Shown: positions 62,805 through 64,000 of the stretch, in pieces
Layout of the letters: the number at the start of each line of letters is the position of its first letter
How positions within the stretch are numbered: the stretch's first letter is position 1
Assembly (NCBI RefSeq): GCF_044704955.1
Contig: NC_091980.1
Coordinates: 287,060,001-287,124,000 of the forward strand
Source: Pristiophorus japonicus
Lineage: Eukaryota
Reading direction: 5' to 3'
DNA length: 64,000 nt
Notes under the pieces: model-generated
What the model was told of the DNA's origin: nothing
The model's database searches: none
The model's input: the letters and a program-made list of their open reading frames with translations, nothing else
Position numbers and translations under genes: made by a program

Positions 62805-64000
62805 TAGGTAGCGTGTGTGTATGGTGTTAAAAAGATGCATCAATACCTGTTCGGTCTGAGGTTCGAATTAGAGACTGATCACAAGCCGCTCATTTCGTTG
62901 ATTTCCGAGAGCAAAGGTATCAATGCCAATGCTTCATCCTGCATCCAAAGGTGGGCGCTGACATTATCTGCCTATGATTATGTCATTCGCCACAGACCTG
63001 GCACAGAGAATTGTGCCGATGTTTTGAGTCGGTTGCCGTTACCCACACCAGAGGTGGAAACGCCACAACCGGCAGATTTACTGTTAATCATGGATGCTTT
63101 TGAGAGTGAAGGTACCTCTGTCATGGTTCAACAAGTTAAGACCTGGACCAGCCAGGACCCGATATTATTGGTGGTAAAGGGTTGCATCCTCAAAGAGGAT
63201 TGGTCTGCCATACCCAAGCAAATGTGCGAGGAGGCCAAACCGTACATTTGTCGCAAGAACGAACTGTCTATTCAAGCAGATTGCATATTGTGGGGCAATC
63301 GAGTTGTAATGCCTAAAAAAGGGAGAGAGAAGTTTGTGTGTGAGTTACACAGCACGCATCCTGGTATAGTGATGATGAATGCCATCGCGAGGTCCCATGT
63401 ATGGTGGCCAGGAATTGATTCTGAGCTGGAAGCATGCGTACATCAGTGCAACACCTGCATGCAGCTCAGCAAAGCACCAGCGGAATCATCGCTGAGTCTG
63501 TTGTCATGGCCATCCAAACCTTGGTCCAGGATCCATGTAGATTTTGCAGGTCCCTTCCTGGGCAAGATGTTTTTAGTGGTGGTGGATCCTTATTCGAAGT
63601 GGATAGAATGCATAATCATGTCATCCAGTATGTCCACGGTAACCATAGAGAATTTCAATGTCATGTTCACGACACATGGTCTGCCTGACAGTGGTGAGTG
63701 ATAATGGGTCGTGCTTCACCAGTCAGGAGTTTCAGGAGTTTGTAAAACTTAACAGCATAAAACATGTAAGGTCAGCACCATTCAAGCTTGCATCCAACGG
63801 GCAAGCAGAACGTGCAGTACAAATTATCAAGCAAAGCATGAGGAAAGTAACCCAAGGGTCACTGCAGACCCGCTTGTCTTGCATACTGCTGAGTTACAGG
63901 ACAAGACCCCACACACTCACAGGGGTCTCGCCTGCTGAACTCATGATGAAAAGAGGTCTTAAGACCAAGTTAGCTCTTGTACACCCAGATTTATGTAATC
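62805..64000 (+). mobile_element. Ty3/Gypsy pol fragment: RNase H end and integrase, runs off the window
   Basis: ETDHKPL, IQRWAL, ADVLSRLP, HHCC zinc finger (LHSTHPG..CNTC), RIHVDFAGP, SDNG..F, SNGQAER; frameshift near 63690. Confidence 0.92.

Overview
Repeat-dense eukaryotic DNA, most likely a cartilaginous fish (shark-type DeuSINE, CR1, L2, Penelope, RTE and Harbinger repertoire). I found no intact host gene, structural RNA gene or prokaryotic system. The window is mostly nested transposable elements: many CR1 LINE fragments, L2 LINEs, a second CR1-group LINE with a partner SINE, three Penelope-like elements (one with an intact minimal hammerhead ribozyme core), DeuSINEs, a bipartite non-autonomous RTE, a solo LTR and a Gypsy pol fragment. 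It also holds a PIF/Harbinger system: one decayed two-gene element with a spliced Myb/SANT gene and a transposase, one internally deleted element, two remnants and many MITEs. The most notable observations are two apparent DNA-capture (transduction) events, a templated 178-bp insertion, a flip-flop hairpin array inside a MITE, promoter-like cassettes in MITEs, and non-TWA target-site duplications. Boundaries were read by eye and may be off by a few bases.
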